A stretch of 64,000 bases of DNA, from positions 359,732-423,731 of the forward strand of contig CAKPKR010000001.1 in NCBI GenBank assembly GCA_934167465.1, in the 5' to 3' direction. The DNA is from an uncultured Bacilli bacterium (GTDB lineage: Bacteria > Bacillota_I > Bacilli_A > RF39 > UBA660). The notes beneath the pieces are model-generated. The model did not search any database, was not told the origin of the DNA, and worked only from the letters and a program-made list of their open reading frames with translations. Below, in pieces: positions 1-9,985 of the stretch. Each line of letters opens with the position of its first letter. Within the stretch, counting starts at the first letter, position 1. The position numbers and the translations under genes are program-made.

Positions 1-11
1 TAATAAATAAG

Positions 12-33
12 ACAGTGGAAACACTGTTTTTTT
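12..33 (+). terminator. Rho-independent terminator (hairpin acagtg/cactgt followed by a T-run) for an upstream gene outside the window
   Basis: Inverted repeat plus T6 read directly in the sequence. Confidence 0.45.
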
Positions 34-93
34 ATGAATACAAATAAAAAAAAATTACATAATTTATATATGAAGTGAATAAATATATATTAA

Positions 94-120
94 TTAGCAC
101 TTACTATTGACAAGTGCTAA
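94..120 (+). promoter_or_regulatory. CIRCE-like HrcA operator, TTAGCACTT-N9-AAGTGCTAA, upstream of clpB
   Basis: Near-perfect match to the CIRCE consensus TTAGCACTC-N9-GAGTGCTAA. It sits 36 nt upstream of the clpB start. A second copy lies upstream of hsp20. Confidence 0.75.
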
Positions 121-155
121 AAAATGAGTATAATGTATATATGAGAGGTGATAGT

Positions 156-2243
156 ATGAATATGGAACAAGAAAATGTTTTAGAAAAATATGGTCGTAAT
201 ATCATTGAAGATGTAAAAAAGGGAAAAATTGATCCTGTAATTGGTAGGGATGAAGAGATAAGAGCTATTACTAGAGTTTTATCTAGAAAAACAAAAAATA
301 ATCCCGTTTTAATAGGTGAACCCGGTGTTGGTAAAACAGCTATTATCGAAGGTTTAGCTTTAAGAATTGTTAAAGGCGATGTTCCAAATAGTTTAAAAGA
401 TAAAACAATTTGGGAATTAGATATGGCTAGTTTGATAGCCGGTGCTAAATATCAAGGTGAATTTGAAGAAAGACTTAAAAATGTTTTAAATGAAGTAAAA
501 AAATCTGAAGGAAATATCATTATGTTTATTGATGAAATTCATATGATAGTTGGTACTGGTTCAAATAGTAGTATGGATACATCTAATATTTTAAAACCAA
601 TGTTAGCTCGTGGTGAAATTCATGTAATAGGAGCTACTACATTAAATGAGTATCGTAAATATATTGAAAAAGATGGGGCTCTAGAAAGAAGATTTCAAAA
701 AATATTAGTTACTGAGCCTACAGTTGAAGATACAATCACTATTTTGAGAGGATTGAAACAAAGATTTGAAATTCACCATGGGGTAACTATTCAAGATAAG
801 GCAATAATAAGTGCTGCAACTCTATCTAATAGATATATAACTGATAGATTTTTGCCAGACAAGGCAATTGATTTAATTGATGAGGCTTGTGCTACTATTA
901 GAGTCCAAATGGATTCTGTTCCAACTGCATTAGATACTTTAACTCGTAAAATTATGAAATTAGAAATAGAAAGAGAAGCTTTAAAAAAAGAAAAAGATGA
1001 ACTATCTAAAAAAAGAATAGAAGAAATAGATAGTGAATTAGGTAAATTAAAAGAAAAAGAAAAAACCTTAAAAGATTCTTGGAACAAAGAAAAACATTTA
1101 AATGAAGAAATAAAAAAGAAAAAAACAGAGTTAGAAAAAGCAAGATTTGATTTAGAACAAGCTGAAAATAGCTATGATTTAAATAGAGCTGCTATTTTAA
1201 AGCATGGTGAGATTCCAAAATTGGAAGGAGAATTAAAAGAATTAAATCATCAAAATGAAAATAAAATTTTAAGTAATGTTGTTGATAGCGATTCTATAGC
1301 AACTGTTATTTCAAAATGGACTAATATTCCAATTGCAAAGTTATTAAGTAGTGAAAAAGAAAAACTATTAAACTTAGAAGAAAATATGAAAAAGAGAGTA
1401 ATTGGACAAGATGAAGCCTTAAAATTAGTAAGTGAAGCTATTCTAAAATCAAGAAGTGGTATTAAAGATCCTAATAGACCAATTGGTTCATTCTTATTTT
1501 TAGGTCCAACTGGTGTTGGTAAAACAGAGATTGCTAAAACTTTAGCATATGAATTATTTGATGATGAAAAACATATGATTAGGATTGATATGAGTGAATA
1601 TATGGAAAAATTCTCTACTTCAAGATTAATTGGTTCGCCTCCAGGATATGTTGGATATGAAGAAGGTGGAGAATTAACTGAAGCGGTAAGAAGAAATCCT
1701 TATAGTATAGTTCTATTTGATGAAGTTGAAAAAGCTCATCCTGATGTTTTAAATTTATTATTACAAATACTTGATGATGGTAGAATAACAGATTCAAATG
1801 GTCGAACAGTTGATTTTAAAAATACTATTATAATAATGACTTCTAATTTGGGAAGTGAATATATATTAGATGGTAATACTGATAAAGTAATTCCTTCTTT
1901 AAGAGAATTCTTTAGACCTGAATTTATTAATAGATTAGATGAAATAATTGTATTTAAACCACTTGATAAAGATAGCATTTCTAAAATATTAGATAAAATT
2001 TTAATTGAAATTGAAAAAAGATTAGTTGATTTAAATATTCATTTAAAATTAACTGATAAAGCAAGAAATCAATTTATTGAAACTGGCTTTGATATTAATT
2101 ATGGAGCTAGACCTTTAAAAAGATTAGTTAGTAGAGTAGTTGAAACATATTTAGCTAAGTTAATAATTAGCGACAAAATAAAATATGGAGATACTATAAT
2201 TATTGATTATGATAAAGACTATATATTTAAAATAGACAAGTAA
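156..2243 (+). CDS. clpB: ClpB-type AAA+ disaggregase lacking the N-domain: two nucleotide-binding domains plus a coiled-coil middle domain
   Basis: Two Walker A motifs ([16 protein letters not shown]). A coiled-coil middle region between the nucleotide-binding domains. GAGAGGTG ribosome-binding site before the ATG at 156. The 5' part of the ORF-track frame (114-155) is probably untranslated. Confidence 0.85.
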   Translation: MNMEQENVLEKYGRNIIEDVKKGKIDPVIGRDEEIRAITRVLSRKTKNNPVLIGEPGVGKTAIIEGLALRIVKGDVPNSLKDKTIWELDMASLIAGAKYQGEFEERLKNVLNEVKKSEGNIIMFIDEIHMIVGTGSNSSMDTSNILKPMLARGEIHVIGATTLNEYRKYIEKDGALERRFQKILVTEPTVEDTITILRGLKQRFEIHHGVTIQDKAIISAATLSNRYITDRFLPDKAIDLIDEACATIRVQMDSVPTALDTLTRKIMKLEIEREALKKEKDELSKKRIEEIDSELGKLKEKEKTLKDSWNKEKHLNEEIKKKKTELEKARFDLEQAENSYDLNRAAILKHGEIPKLEGELKELNHQNENKILSNVVDSDSIATVISKWTNIPIAKLLSSEKEKLLNLEENMKKRVIGQDEALKLVSEAILKSRSGIKDPNRPIGSFLFLGPTGVGKTEIAKTLAYELFDDEKHMIRIDMSEYMEKFSTSRLIGSPPGYVGYEEGGELTEAVRRNPYSIVLFDEVEKAHPDVLNLLLQILDDGRITDSNGRTVDFKNTIIIMTSNLGSEYILDGNTDKVIPSLREFFRPEFINRLDEIIVFKPLDKDSISKILDKILIEIEKRLVDLNIHLKLTDKARNQFIETGFDINYGARPLKRLVSRVVETYLAKLIISDKIKYGDTIIIDYDKDYIFKIDK

Positions 2244-2307
2244 TTCTTGTCTATTTTTTTCTTTATTATTTGTTAATTCTAAAATATAATCGACTGATAC
2301 TTTATAA

Positions 2308-2736
2308 AATTTTGCTAATGAAAATGATAATGCTATAGTTGCATTTAAAACAAATAATAATGAAACTAAATTTAGAATTACTGCTATTTCAGCAAATAAA
2401 GATTTATATTATGGAACTAACGTTATAAAATTTGTATCTAAAAAGGATGATGTTGTAAAAGATCAAGAAGTAGGAAAATTAAAATTTACAAATACTTCAT
2501 TAAAAGTTGATAAAAATTTTTCGACACTTGTTACATCAATATCGAATCCAACAAGTAATGATATCGAAGTAAAAATATTTAATATTCATATAAAAGATAA
2601 AAATGGAAATGAAATTATAAAGTTAGATGGATATGTTGGAGGAATAATACCAGCAGGTGAATCAAGAGAAGTTACTTCGAATATTGATATGGATTTAAGT
2701 AAGGCTACAAGCATTGAATATGACATTGTAAATTAA
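2308..2736 (+). pseudogene. Orphan 3' gene fragment: an open frame of 143 codons with no ATG/GTG/TTG start and no ribosome-binding site. It encodes a beta-rich Ig-like, DUF4352-like C-terminal domain
   Basis: The frame opens straight after a stop at 2305-2307 and runs to the TAA at 2734. Codon usage is coding-like but no start codon is present. Confidence 0.4.
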
Positions 2737-2940
2737 GTTTGTGAAAAGACTGCCAAAAAATTAAATTATTTTCTTGACAGTTTTTTTGTTTGGAAAGTTC
2801 TTTAAAAAATAAAAGTATGAGTGTGTTACAGATAAACTAAAAATTTGAAAACTAAAAATACTATAGAAAAAAGTTTACAAATAATATTGTAAATTATATC
2901 GGTAGTATCGATTAAATAACCTTTTTTTGCTATAATAAAA

Positions 2941-3831
2941 GTGGTGATAATAATGTGGTTTATATTTACTTTAATAACTTTTATAGCATGGGGATTAGCT
3001 GATTTATACTATAAATTAGGTAACAGTAATGATAAATATAGTCATATAAAAACTGGCATCATTGTTGGTTTAATAATGGGAATACATGCAACTATATTTA
3101 TGATATTTAACAAAGAAAGTATTAATTTATTTGAAATAATTAAATATTTACCTGTTTCTTTGTGTTACATAGCAAGTATGGTTATTGGTTATAAAGGATT
3201 AAGATATTTAGAATTGTCAATTAGTTCTCCAATTCAAAATTCATCTGGAATAATTACTTCTATATTATTGTGCTTAATTTTTAAAATAAAAATAAGTTAT
3301 TTAGAAATATTAGGAATTACAGTTATTTTTATTGGTGTTTTAATTTTATCAATTTTAGAAATAAAAGAAGGAAAAAAAGAAAAAATAATTGGGAGTTTTA
3401 AATGTTTTATTGTGATTTTTCCAATTATATATGCTATTATTGATGGATTAGGTACTTTTTTAGATGCTATATATTTAGATCAGTTAGAACTAATAAGTGA
3501 AAATAGTGCTTTAATTGCTTATGAATATACATTTTTAATATATGGAATAATTATGTTAATTTATTTGAAAATTAAAAAAGAACCATTTAAATTATTTGAA
3601 GAAAAAATTAAAATTAAAGCAGCTCTATTAGAAACTTTAGGGCAATTTACTTATGTATATGCAATATCAAAAAATTCAGTTATAGCAGTTCCTATTATTT
3701 CTTGTTATTCAGCTTTATCAGTGTTATTATCTAGATTTTATTTAAAAGAAAAATTGTCAATTTTAAGTTATATAGCAATTATAATTATTTTTATCGGAAT
3801 TATATTATTAGGTATATTAGAAGAAATTTGA
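2941..3831 (+). CDS. DMT/EamA-like permease with 10 transmembrane segments
   Basis: About 10 hydrophobic helices across 296 aa, with the two-repeat organisation typical of EamA transporters. Confidence 0.5.
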   Translation: MVIIMWFIFTLITFIAWGLADLYYKLGNSNDKYSHIKTGIIVGLIMGIHATIFMIFNKESINLFEIIKYLPVSLCYIASMVIGYKGLRYLELSISSPIQNSSGIITSILLCLIFKIKISYLEILGITVIFIGVLILSILEIKEGKKEKIIGSFKCFIVIFPIIYAIIDGLGTFLDAIYLDQLELISENSALIAYEYTFLIYGIIMLIYLKIKKEPFKLFEEKIKIKAALLETLGQFTYVYAISKNSVIAVPIISCYSALSVLLSRFYLKEKLSILSYIAIIIIFIGIILLGILEEI

Positions 3832-3921
3832 TTTTTTTATTTAGAAGTAGTATAATTATATTTACTTTCTTATAAGATGTACTTGGTACATCTTTTTTAA
3901 ACTTATGAGAGGAGAATAAAA

Positions 3922-4527
3922 ATGGAAAAAGAAAAAGAATTAATGCTTAAATATAGTTTTGCTCTTGAAGTATTAAAAACGGAAATGAATATTCTAATTA
4001 AAAATTATGAATATAAAAATAACTATAATCCAGTAGAACATACAAAATCAAGAATAAAGACAAAAGAAAGTGCAATAAAAAAACTAGAAAAAAAAGGTTA
4101 TGATTTAACCTATGAAAATTTAGAAAAACATGTTCATGATATGGTTGGACTTAGAATAGTTTGTTCTTTTATGTCAGATGTTTATGAAGTAGTGGATTTA
4201 ATTAAAAATTCAAAACAATTTAAAATTAAAGAAGAAAAAAACTATATTTTACATCCAAAAGATAGTGGATATTCAAGTTATCATTTAAATGTTTTAGTGC
4301 CAATTCATTTAGATAATGAGACAGAATATGTTGAAGCAGAAATTCAAATAAGAACAATTGCAATGGATTTTTGGGCTAGTCTTGATCATAAAATTAGATA
4401 TAAATTTCCAAGTGAAATTCCAGATGAAGTAAAAGAAGAAATGTTTAATTGTTCTTTAGACATAAGAATGCTTGATAATAAAATGGAAAATCTTAGTCAA
4501 GTTATGAAAAAATATAATGAAAATTAA
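3922..4527 (+). CDS. relQ: Small alarmone synthetase: RelA/SpoT-domain GTP pyrophosphokinase, RelQ/YwaC-like
   Basis: Synthetase-domain motifs read in the translation: DMVGLRIVC, YSSYHLNV and EIQIRTIAMDFWA. Confidence 0.75.
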   Translation: MEKEKELMLKYSFALEVLKTEMNILIKNYEYKNNYNPVEHTKSRIKTKESAIKKLEKKGYDLTYENLEKHVHDMVGLRIVCSFMSDVYEVVDLIKNSKQFKIKEEKNYILHPKDSGYSSYHLNVLVPIHLDNETEYVEAEIQIRTIAMDFWASLDHKIRYKFPSEIPDEVKEEMFNCSLDIRMLDNKMENLSQVMKKYNEN

Positions 4528-4572
4528 TAAATATGTGCTATAATATATAACTAAGAGTTAGAAGGTAGTTAT

Positions 4573-5438
4573 ATGAAAGAATTAAATTTTGGTATTCAAG
4601 ATTAGACCATAGTAAAACAGTAGCACTTATGACTTATCATTTTACTCATAATAAAGCAATGACTTTAGCAGCACTTTTTCATGATTTAGGTACACCTTGT
4701 TTTAGTCATTGCATAGATTACTTACTTGGAGATGCTATTAATCAAGAAAGTTCTGAAAAAAGTATTTGTGAAGTAATTGATAATTCTAATGAAATAAAAA
4801 AGTATTTAGAATTTGATGAAGTTAGTATTGATGAACTTGATGATATAAGTAAATTCACAATTGTTGAAAATAAAAAACCAAAATTATGTGTAGATAGGTT
4901 AGATGGAGTTTTAAGTACTTGCTTTATTTGGATAAAAACAATATCACTAGATGAAATAAAAGAGATATATAATGATATGGAAGTTTTAACAAATGAAGAA
5001 AATGAATTAGAAATTGGTTTTAAATCTAAAGAAATTGCCGAGAAATTTTTTAAATGTTCTTATGATTATAGTATAGCGCTTCAAAAAAATGAAGATAAAT
5101 TTATGATGCAATTTATTGCAGATATGCTAAAAAAATTAATAGACAATAAAAAAATAAAATTACAAGATTTATACGAATTAAAAGAAAAAGATATTGTTAA
5201 AATCTTATCTCAATATCAAAATTGGAATATATTTAGTGAATTAGATGGAATTGATAGATCTGATATTATGCCAAATTGTTATTATACAAGTGTAATGGCT
5301 AAGAAACGCTATACTAATCCATTATGTGGTAATAATCGTATTACTAATATTTCTAATAAATGTGCTGAAATGCTAAAAGATTATGAAAATTTTGAGGATA
5401 CAAAATATGCATATTCTAAAAAAATTAAGAACTTATAA
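4573..5438 (+). CDS. HD-domain phosphohydrolase. It shows an apparent frameshift near the 5' end, in the T4 run at 4587-4590, or else is an N-terminally truncated gene
   Basis: The ATG at 4573 has a strong GAAGGTAG ribosome-binding site but stops after 10 codons. The adjacent frame carries H...HD (RLDHSKTVAL...AALFHDLG) and continues for 269 aa. One extra T in the homopolymer would fuse the two frames. Confidence 0.5.
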
Positions 5439-5450
5439 GTTCTTTTTTTG
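5428..5450 (+). terminator. Rho-independent terminator (aagaactta/taagttctt palindrome followed by a T-run)
   Basis: Hairpin plus T-run overlapping the stop of the HD-domain gene. Confidence 0.5.
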
Positions 5451-5497
5451 AATATTTATTTACATATATGACATATTATTTATAGAAATAACATTTA

Positions 5498-5524
5498 TTA
5501 GCACTTATACTTGACAAGTGCTAA
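5498..5524 (+). promoter_or_regulatory. CIRCE-like HrcA operator, TTAGCACTT-N9-AAGTGCTAA, upstream of hsp20
   Basis: Identical arms to the clpB CIRCE. A TTTACA-16-TATAGA promoter lies just upstream. Confidence 0.75.
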
Positions 5525-5563
5525 TAAATGTGGTATTATTATAATTGGAAAGAGGATGAGGAT

Positions 5564-5950
5564 ATGAATTTAATACCAAGAAAATTTTATTTAGATGACA
5601 TTTTTGATGATTTTGTTACTTCTGGAAATAATAACATGAAATGTGATATTTATGAATTGAATGGTGATTATCATATTGAAATGGATATTCCTGGATTTGA
5701 TAAGAAAGATATTCAAATTGAATCTAAAAATGGTTATTTAACTGTAACAGCTTCAAAAGAAAGCAAAGATGAAGAAGAAAATAAAAACTATATTCGTCGA
5801 GAAAGAAGTTATGGAAAATTTGAAAGATCATTCTATTTAGGTGACTTAGATGATCAAAATATTGAAGCTGAATTTAAAGATGGTATGTTAAAAATAACTG
5901 TTCCTAAAAAAGAAGAAACAAATGATAAAAAATTCATCGAAATTAAATAA
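5564..5950 (+). CDS. hsp20: Small heat-shock protein, Hsp20/alpha-crystallin family
   Basis: Alpha-crystallin domain motifs (DIPGFDKKDIQIE ... GMLKITVPKK). Start placed at the ATG at 5564, after the AAGAGGATGAGG ribosome-binding site. Confidence 0.85.
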   Translation: MNLIPRKFYLDDIFDDFVTSGNNNMKCDIYELNGDYHIEMDIPGFDKKDIQIESKNGYLTVTASKESKDEEENKNYIRRERSYGKFERSFYLGDLDDQNIEAEFKDGMLKITVPKKEETNDKKFIEIK

Positions 5951-5973
5951 GAGAGTTTTCTCTCTTTTTTTTG
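5950..5973 (+). terminator. Rho-independent terminator (agagag-tttt-ctctct followed by T8)
   Basis: Perfect 6-bp stem plus T-run immediately after the hsp20 stop. Confidence 0.7.
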
Positions 5974-6038
5974 TCAACTTTACATTCTGATATTTGATTG
6001 TATTCTTTTTTTGTTTATAATAATAATAGGTGAATAGT

Positions 6039-8018
6039 ATGGATTATAATTATAATAGGATTGTTTTAGAACAATACTTAAATAAATTGTTTGATTATAT
6101 TTTGAAAGAATATGGTGAAAATGAACTTAAAAAATTATTTAATGATTTAATAGCTGGAAAAGAATCATGTATATTAAATAAAAATATTCAAAATGAATTA
6201 AATAAGTATTCCAAAGATACTATTAGATTAATTATAGAAAAAAATATACTATTCTCTTTAGAAAATAGTGTAGTTAATATAAAAAAAACATATTGGAAAG
6301 TTTTAAAAGATAGAACTCCAAGAATGAATTATGTTTTACTCAGTCATTACTATGAAAAATATATAGAATTATTAAGAAATAAACCAACAATTTATAATTC
6401 AGAAACAATAGAAGAATTAAATGAAAATTATAATAAAGAAATAACAAAGAGTATGATGTTAAATCAGAATTTTGATGAAATAATTAAAAATACTTCAAGT
6501 TTTAATTTAAATCATATGGAAAATTTAAATGCTAATGGTAGAACAATTAGTATAAATGGTAAAAGAAAAGGTGGAATTTTTTTAAGTAAGGAATCAGTTA
6601 TTGGATATGGTAATTTTATTAATAAAGATGATTTCTTAAAAAAAATTAAAAATACTAAAATTTATAAAGTAACTAATAATGGAACTATTAGTAGTGATGA
6701 TTTAAAAGAAATTGTTAATAATATAGAGCAAAAAATTAGTATTTCTAAAACTGAAAAAAACACTATAAAATCAGTAATTGATAGTAAAGTCAATAGAAAA
6801 GCTGGAAATTTGTTTTTAGGAAAAGATGGGATAGATTTACCAAATGGTGAATATGTAAGTGTTGAAGAACTTTCTTTAGCTATAAATAAATTTGTAACAG
6901 AACGAAATAGAAAAGCAAAAAAGAATAAGATAATTAAAATAAAAGGTATGTTAAAAGTTGGGATAGCAGCAGCTTCTTTAGCAATTTCACTATTGACGTC
7001 AGCTGTTTCAACTAATTCAAAAGAAAATATTCAGTCTAATATAATTCAATATGATGCGGATGATTTATATTCACAAAATAATAAAAAAATTTCTGCTAAA
7101 GTAGTTACTGAAGCAGTAAATTCAGTCAATAATTTAATCAATGATGTTGATGATTTAAAATTATCTGAAATAAATAACAATGATCTTTCTGATGAAGAAA
7201 ATAATAAAATTGAAACCGAAAATTTAATTTTTGATGAAAAACCAATTGAAAAAAATAATGAAGATTTATTAGAAAATAATAGTTTAAATGAAGAAAGTAG
7301 TAATTTAGAAAATTTAAATCAGGACACATCTAATGAGGAAATATCTGATAAAACTAATGATGTAATTAATGAACAAATCTCTAATGATATTAATGAAGAT
7401 ATAAAAGAAAGTAATGATAGTATAGAACAATTAGAAAATGATGAAGTAGATAATGCTATCGAAAAAGTGCAAAATCAGGTTGATAATACTCTTGAAGAAA
7501 ATGAATTAACTACTAAAAATGATAATTCTGAATTAACTGTTTTGAATTTAGATGAAGAAGAAATTCCTGTTCAAGAAGTGAAGGATGATTTTTCTAATGA
7601 AAATGTTTCTTTAGATGATAAAACTACAGAAATAAATGGTAATGATATTGCAAATTATGCTGTACAATTTGTCGGTAATCCATATGTTTATGGAGGAACT
7701 AATTTAACTGATGGTACTGATTGTTCAGGTTTTACACAAAGTGTATATTCAAATTTTGGTATTGATATTGCTAGAGATTCTAGTTCACAAATTAATTCTG
7801 GCACAAATATTGGAACAAATATAGAAGAAGCAATGCCGGGTGACTTATTGTGTTTTAATGGTCATGTAGGAATCTATATTGGAGATGGTCAAATGGTGCA
7901 TGCTGCAAATGCTAAAAGAGGAATAGTTATAAATGATGTTGATTATGACAATGAAAAAATATTAAAGGCAATAGTTCGACCTAATGGAGTTAATCAAATA
8001 CAAGCCAAAACAAGATAA
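6039..8018 (+). CDS. Secreted or membrane-anchored NlpC/P60 (C40) cell-wall peptidase with a long acidic N/E/D-rich linker
   Basis: C-terminal NlpC/P60 domain with Cys in DCSGF and His in GHVGIYIGDGQMVHA. A central transmembrane segment. Low-complexity acidic region from about aa 370 to 520. Confidence 0.8.
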   Translation: MDYNYNRIVLEQYLNKLFDYILKEYGENELKKLFNDLIAGKESCILNKNIQNELNKYSKDTIRLIIEKNILFSLENSVVNIKKTYWKVLKDRTPRMNYVLLSHYYEKYIELLRNKPTIYNSETIEELNENYNKEITKSMMLNQNFDEIIKNTSSFNLNHMENLNANGRTISINGKRKGGIFLSKESVIGYGNFINKDDFLKKIKNTKIYKVTNNGTISSDDLKEIVNNIEQKISISKTEKNTIKSVIDSKVNRKAGNLFLGKDGIDLPNGEYVSVEELSLAINKFVTERNRKAKKNKIIKIKGMLKVGIAAASLAISLLTSAVSTNSKENIQSNIIQYDADDLYSQNNKKISAKVVTEAVNSVNNLINDVDDLKLSEINNNDLSDEENNKIETENLIFDEKPIEKNNEDLLENNSLNEESSNLENLNQDTSNEEISDKTNDVINEQISNDINEDIKESNDSIEQLENDEVDNAIEKVQNQVDNTLEENELTTKNDNSELTVLNLDEEEIPVQEVKDDFSNENVSLDDKTTEINGNDIANYAVQFVGNPYVYGGTNLTDGTDCSGFTQSVYSNFGIDIARDSSSQINSGTNIGTNIEEAMPGDLLCFNGHVGIYIGDGQMVHAANAKRGIVINDVDYDNEKILKAIVRPNGVNQIQAKTR

Positions 8019-8027
8019 GGAGATATT

Positions 8028-8240
8028 ATGAAATTAAGTGATGGTCAAATAATAACTTTAGATGATAATAAAGATTATATTGTTGTAAAACAAGAAATAT
8101 ATCGAAATAATAATTACATTTATTTAATGACTGCATCAAAACCTATTGAAGTAATGTTTGTAAGACAAGAAAATGATGAATTAAATTTAGTAATAGATGA
8201 AGATGAATTAAAAGTAATTATGGAGTTATTTATAAAATGA
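8028..8240 (+). CDS. Hypothetical small protein (70 aa)
   Basis: AAGGAGAT ribosome-binding site 6 nt upstream. Followed by a terminator. Confidence 0.45.
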   Translation: MKLSDGQIITLDDNKDYIVVKQEIYRNNNYIYLMTASKPIEVMFVRQENDELNLVIDEDELKVIMELFIK

Positions 8241-8248
8241 AATTTTTT

Positions 8249-8276
8249 AAAGGTGATTAAATTTCACCTTTTTCTT
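8249..8276 (+). terminator. Rho-independent terminator (aaaggtga / tcaccttt followed by a T-run)
   Basis: 8-bp stem, 7-nt loop, then T-run. Confidence 0.65.
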
Positions 8277-8331
8277 GATAAAAAAAAGAAAATCTTATAT
8301 AATAATATAAGATAGAATAAAGAGGTGTTTT

Positions 8332-9951
8332 ATGGAAGTAAAATGTAAGGTATGTGGTACAATTAATGACGGAGAAACTAATTTTTGTAAGGGATGTTTT
8401 GTAAAATTAGATGTAGAAAATCCTGAAAATGTTACTTATAACCCTAAAGAAAAAGAAATATCAGCAGAAATAGAAGAAAAAGAAGAAGTTATTCCTTGGA
8501 GTGATAGTGTTGATAATGAAATTTCACAAGAAAACAACTATGAATCACCTATTTTTAATTCAAATAATGAACTAAGAAAAGAAAAAACTTTGTCTGAATC
8601 AATGAGTCAAACGGAAAATAATACATTTGAACCAATCGGTTCTGAACAAGAAAATAATCAATCATTAGAATTAAATAATGAATCATTACCACAAATACAA
8701 AGTGAAGAGGAAGAATTTAAACCAATCAATGATTTATTATCAAATGAAAATAATTTAGAAAAAACAGAAATTATAGATTTTGATTTAATTAAAGATGCCT
8801 ACAATAATTTACAAAATAATTCAGTAGAAGATATAAAAATAGAAACTCCATTTGAGCCAATTGAAACTGAAGAAAACAGTAAACTACATAATAATGAAAA
8901 TAGTACATTACTGGAACAACCAATTGAAGATATTTCAGTTGAACCATTATCAACGCAAGAAAAAATAGAGTTACCTAAAGTTGAACTTGTTGTTCCAAAT
9001 GATAATCAAATAGAAGATACAAACAATAATGAAGAAGCCTCAATCCCTGAAATATCAAATAATTGGAATGAAAATAGTTTACCAGACTTGGATATGGAAC
9101 AATTTAATATTGAAAATGATTCATGGGAAGATGAGAAAGAAGAAAAAACAGATATTAACTATTTAAGCAGTGGTAAATTATTTTTGAAGTTTTTATTAAA
9201 TTGCTTATTATTTGGAATACTATTTGGTGCTTTATGTATTGGATTTAGATATTTATTAAATAATATATTTAATTTAGGAAATAATGCAGAGTTGATATTT
9301 ATTGTAATAAGTTCAATTTCTTCAATTGCGGCATTGTTAATTGCAACAGATAAAACATTCAAAAAACAAGTACCTTTAGCTTCAAAAATAAATGAAACTA
9401 CTTTTTCGATATTGTTATTTGTAGCTTTACCATATTTATTAATTAAATTAGCTTATAATTTATATGTTGGTACAACATTTGTAATATTTTTAATTTTAAT
9501 TGCACTTTCCTTAATTATTTTAGCAATCTTTTTCAACTATATGCGTAATCTAATTAGAATGAAACATCAAATGAAAAAAGAAGACAAAGCTTCATTTATT
9601 TATGGAATATTTAGTATATTATTAATTGGATTGACATTATATGGTGTTTATACTTATAAAGATAAAGATTATATTATTTCATTTGACATTATATTTAATG
9701 ATGGCGAAAATATTAAATTAGTAGAATCATATATTAATGAGGTTGAAAAATCTATTTCAAGAAATAAAACTGAAATAGAAGGATATGAGGTACCGAATAT
9801 CATTGATGATGTTGAATATGCTGCATTTGATGGTAATAAACCAGATGGAATGGCATTATATCTAGATGAAAATGGTAATGTATCATCTGGTACTATTCTT
9901 ATAAAAAATAGAGTATATTCATATGATGGTGTAAAAGTAAGAGCTAGTTAG
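8332..9951 (+). CDS. Zinc-ribbon membrane protein: an N-terminal CxxC...CxxC ribbon, an acidic linker and 4-5 transmembrane helices
   Basis: KCKVCG...CKGC zinc ribbon, a long E/N-rich region and a hydrophobic block spanning about aa 285-440. Confidence 0.55.
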   Translation: MEVKCKVCGTINDGETNFCKGCFVKLDVENPENVTYNPKEKEISAEIEEKEEVIPWSDSVDNEISQENNYESPIFNSNNELRKEKTLSESMSQTENNTFEPIGSEQENNQSLELNNESLPQIQSEEEEFKPINDLLSNENNLEKTEIIDFDLIKDAYNNLQNNSVEDIKIETPFEPIETEENSKLHNNENSTLLEQPIEDISVEPLSTQEKIELPKVELVVPNDNQIEDTNNNEEASIPEISNNWNENSLPDLDMEQFNIENDSWEDEKEEKTDINYLSSGKLFLKFLLNCLLFGILFGALCIGFRYLLNNIFNLGNNAELIFIVISSISSIAALLIATDKTFKKQVPLASKINETTFSILLFVALPYLLIKLAYNLYVGTTFVIFLILIALSLIILAIFFNYMRNLIRMKHQMKKEDKASFIYGIFSILLIGLTLYGVYTYKDKDYIISFDIIFNDGENIKLVESYINEVEKSISRNKTEIEGYEVPNIIDDVEYAAFDGNKPDGMALYLDENGNVSSGTILIKNRVYSYDGVKVRAS

Positions 9952-9985
9952 CTCTTTTTATGTTATAATTTTGTTAGGTGATTAT

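Noticed and set aside
791-1978. Antisense ORFs (791-1087, 1615-1797, 1736-1978) inside clpB
   Set aside because: They lie fully within a well-supported + strand gene. They have low-complexity S/L/F-rich translations typical of shadow frames in AT-rich DNA, and no ribosome-binding sites.
2740-2790. Possible terminator after the orphan fragment (gactgcc...gacagttttttt)
   Set aside because: The arms are not properly complementary. Only a T-run is present.
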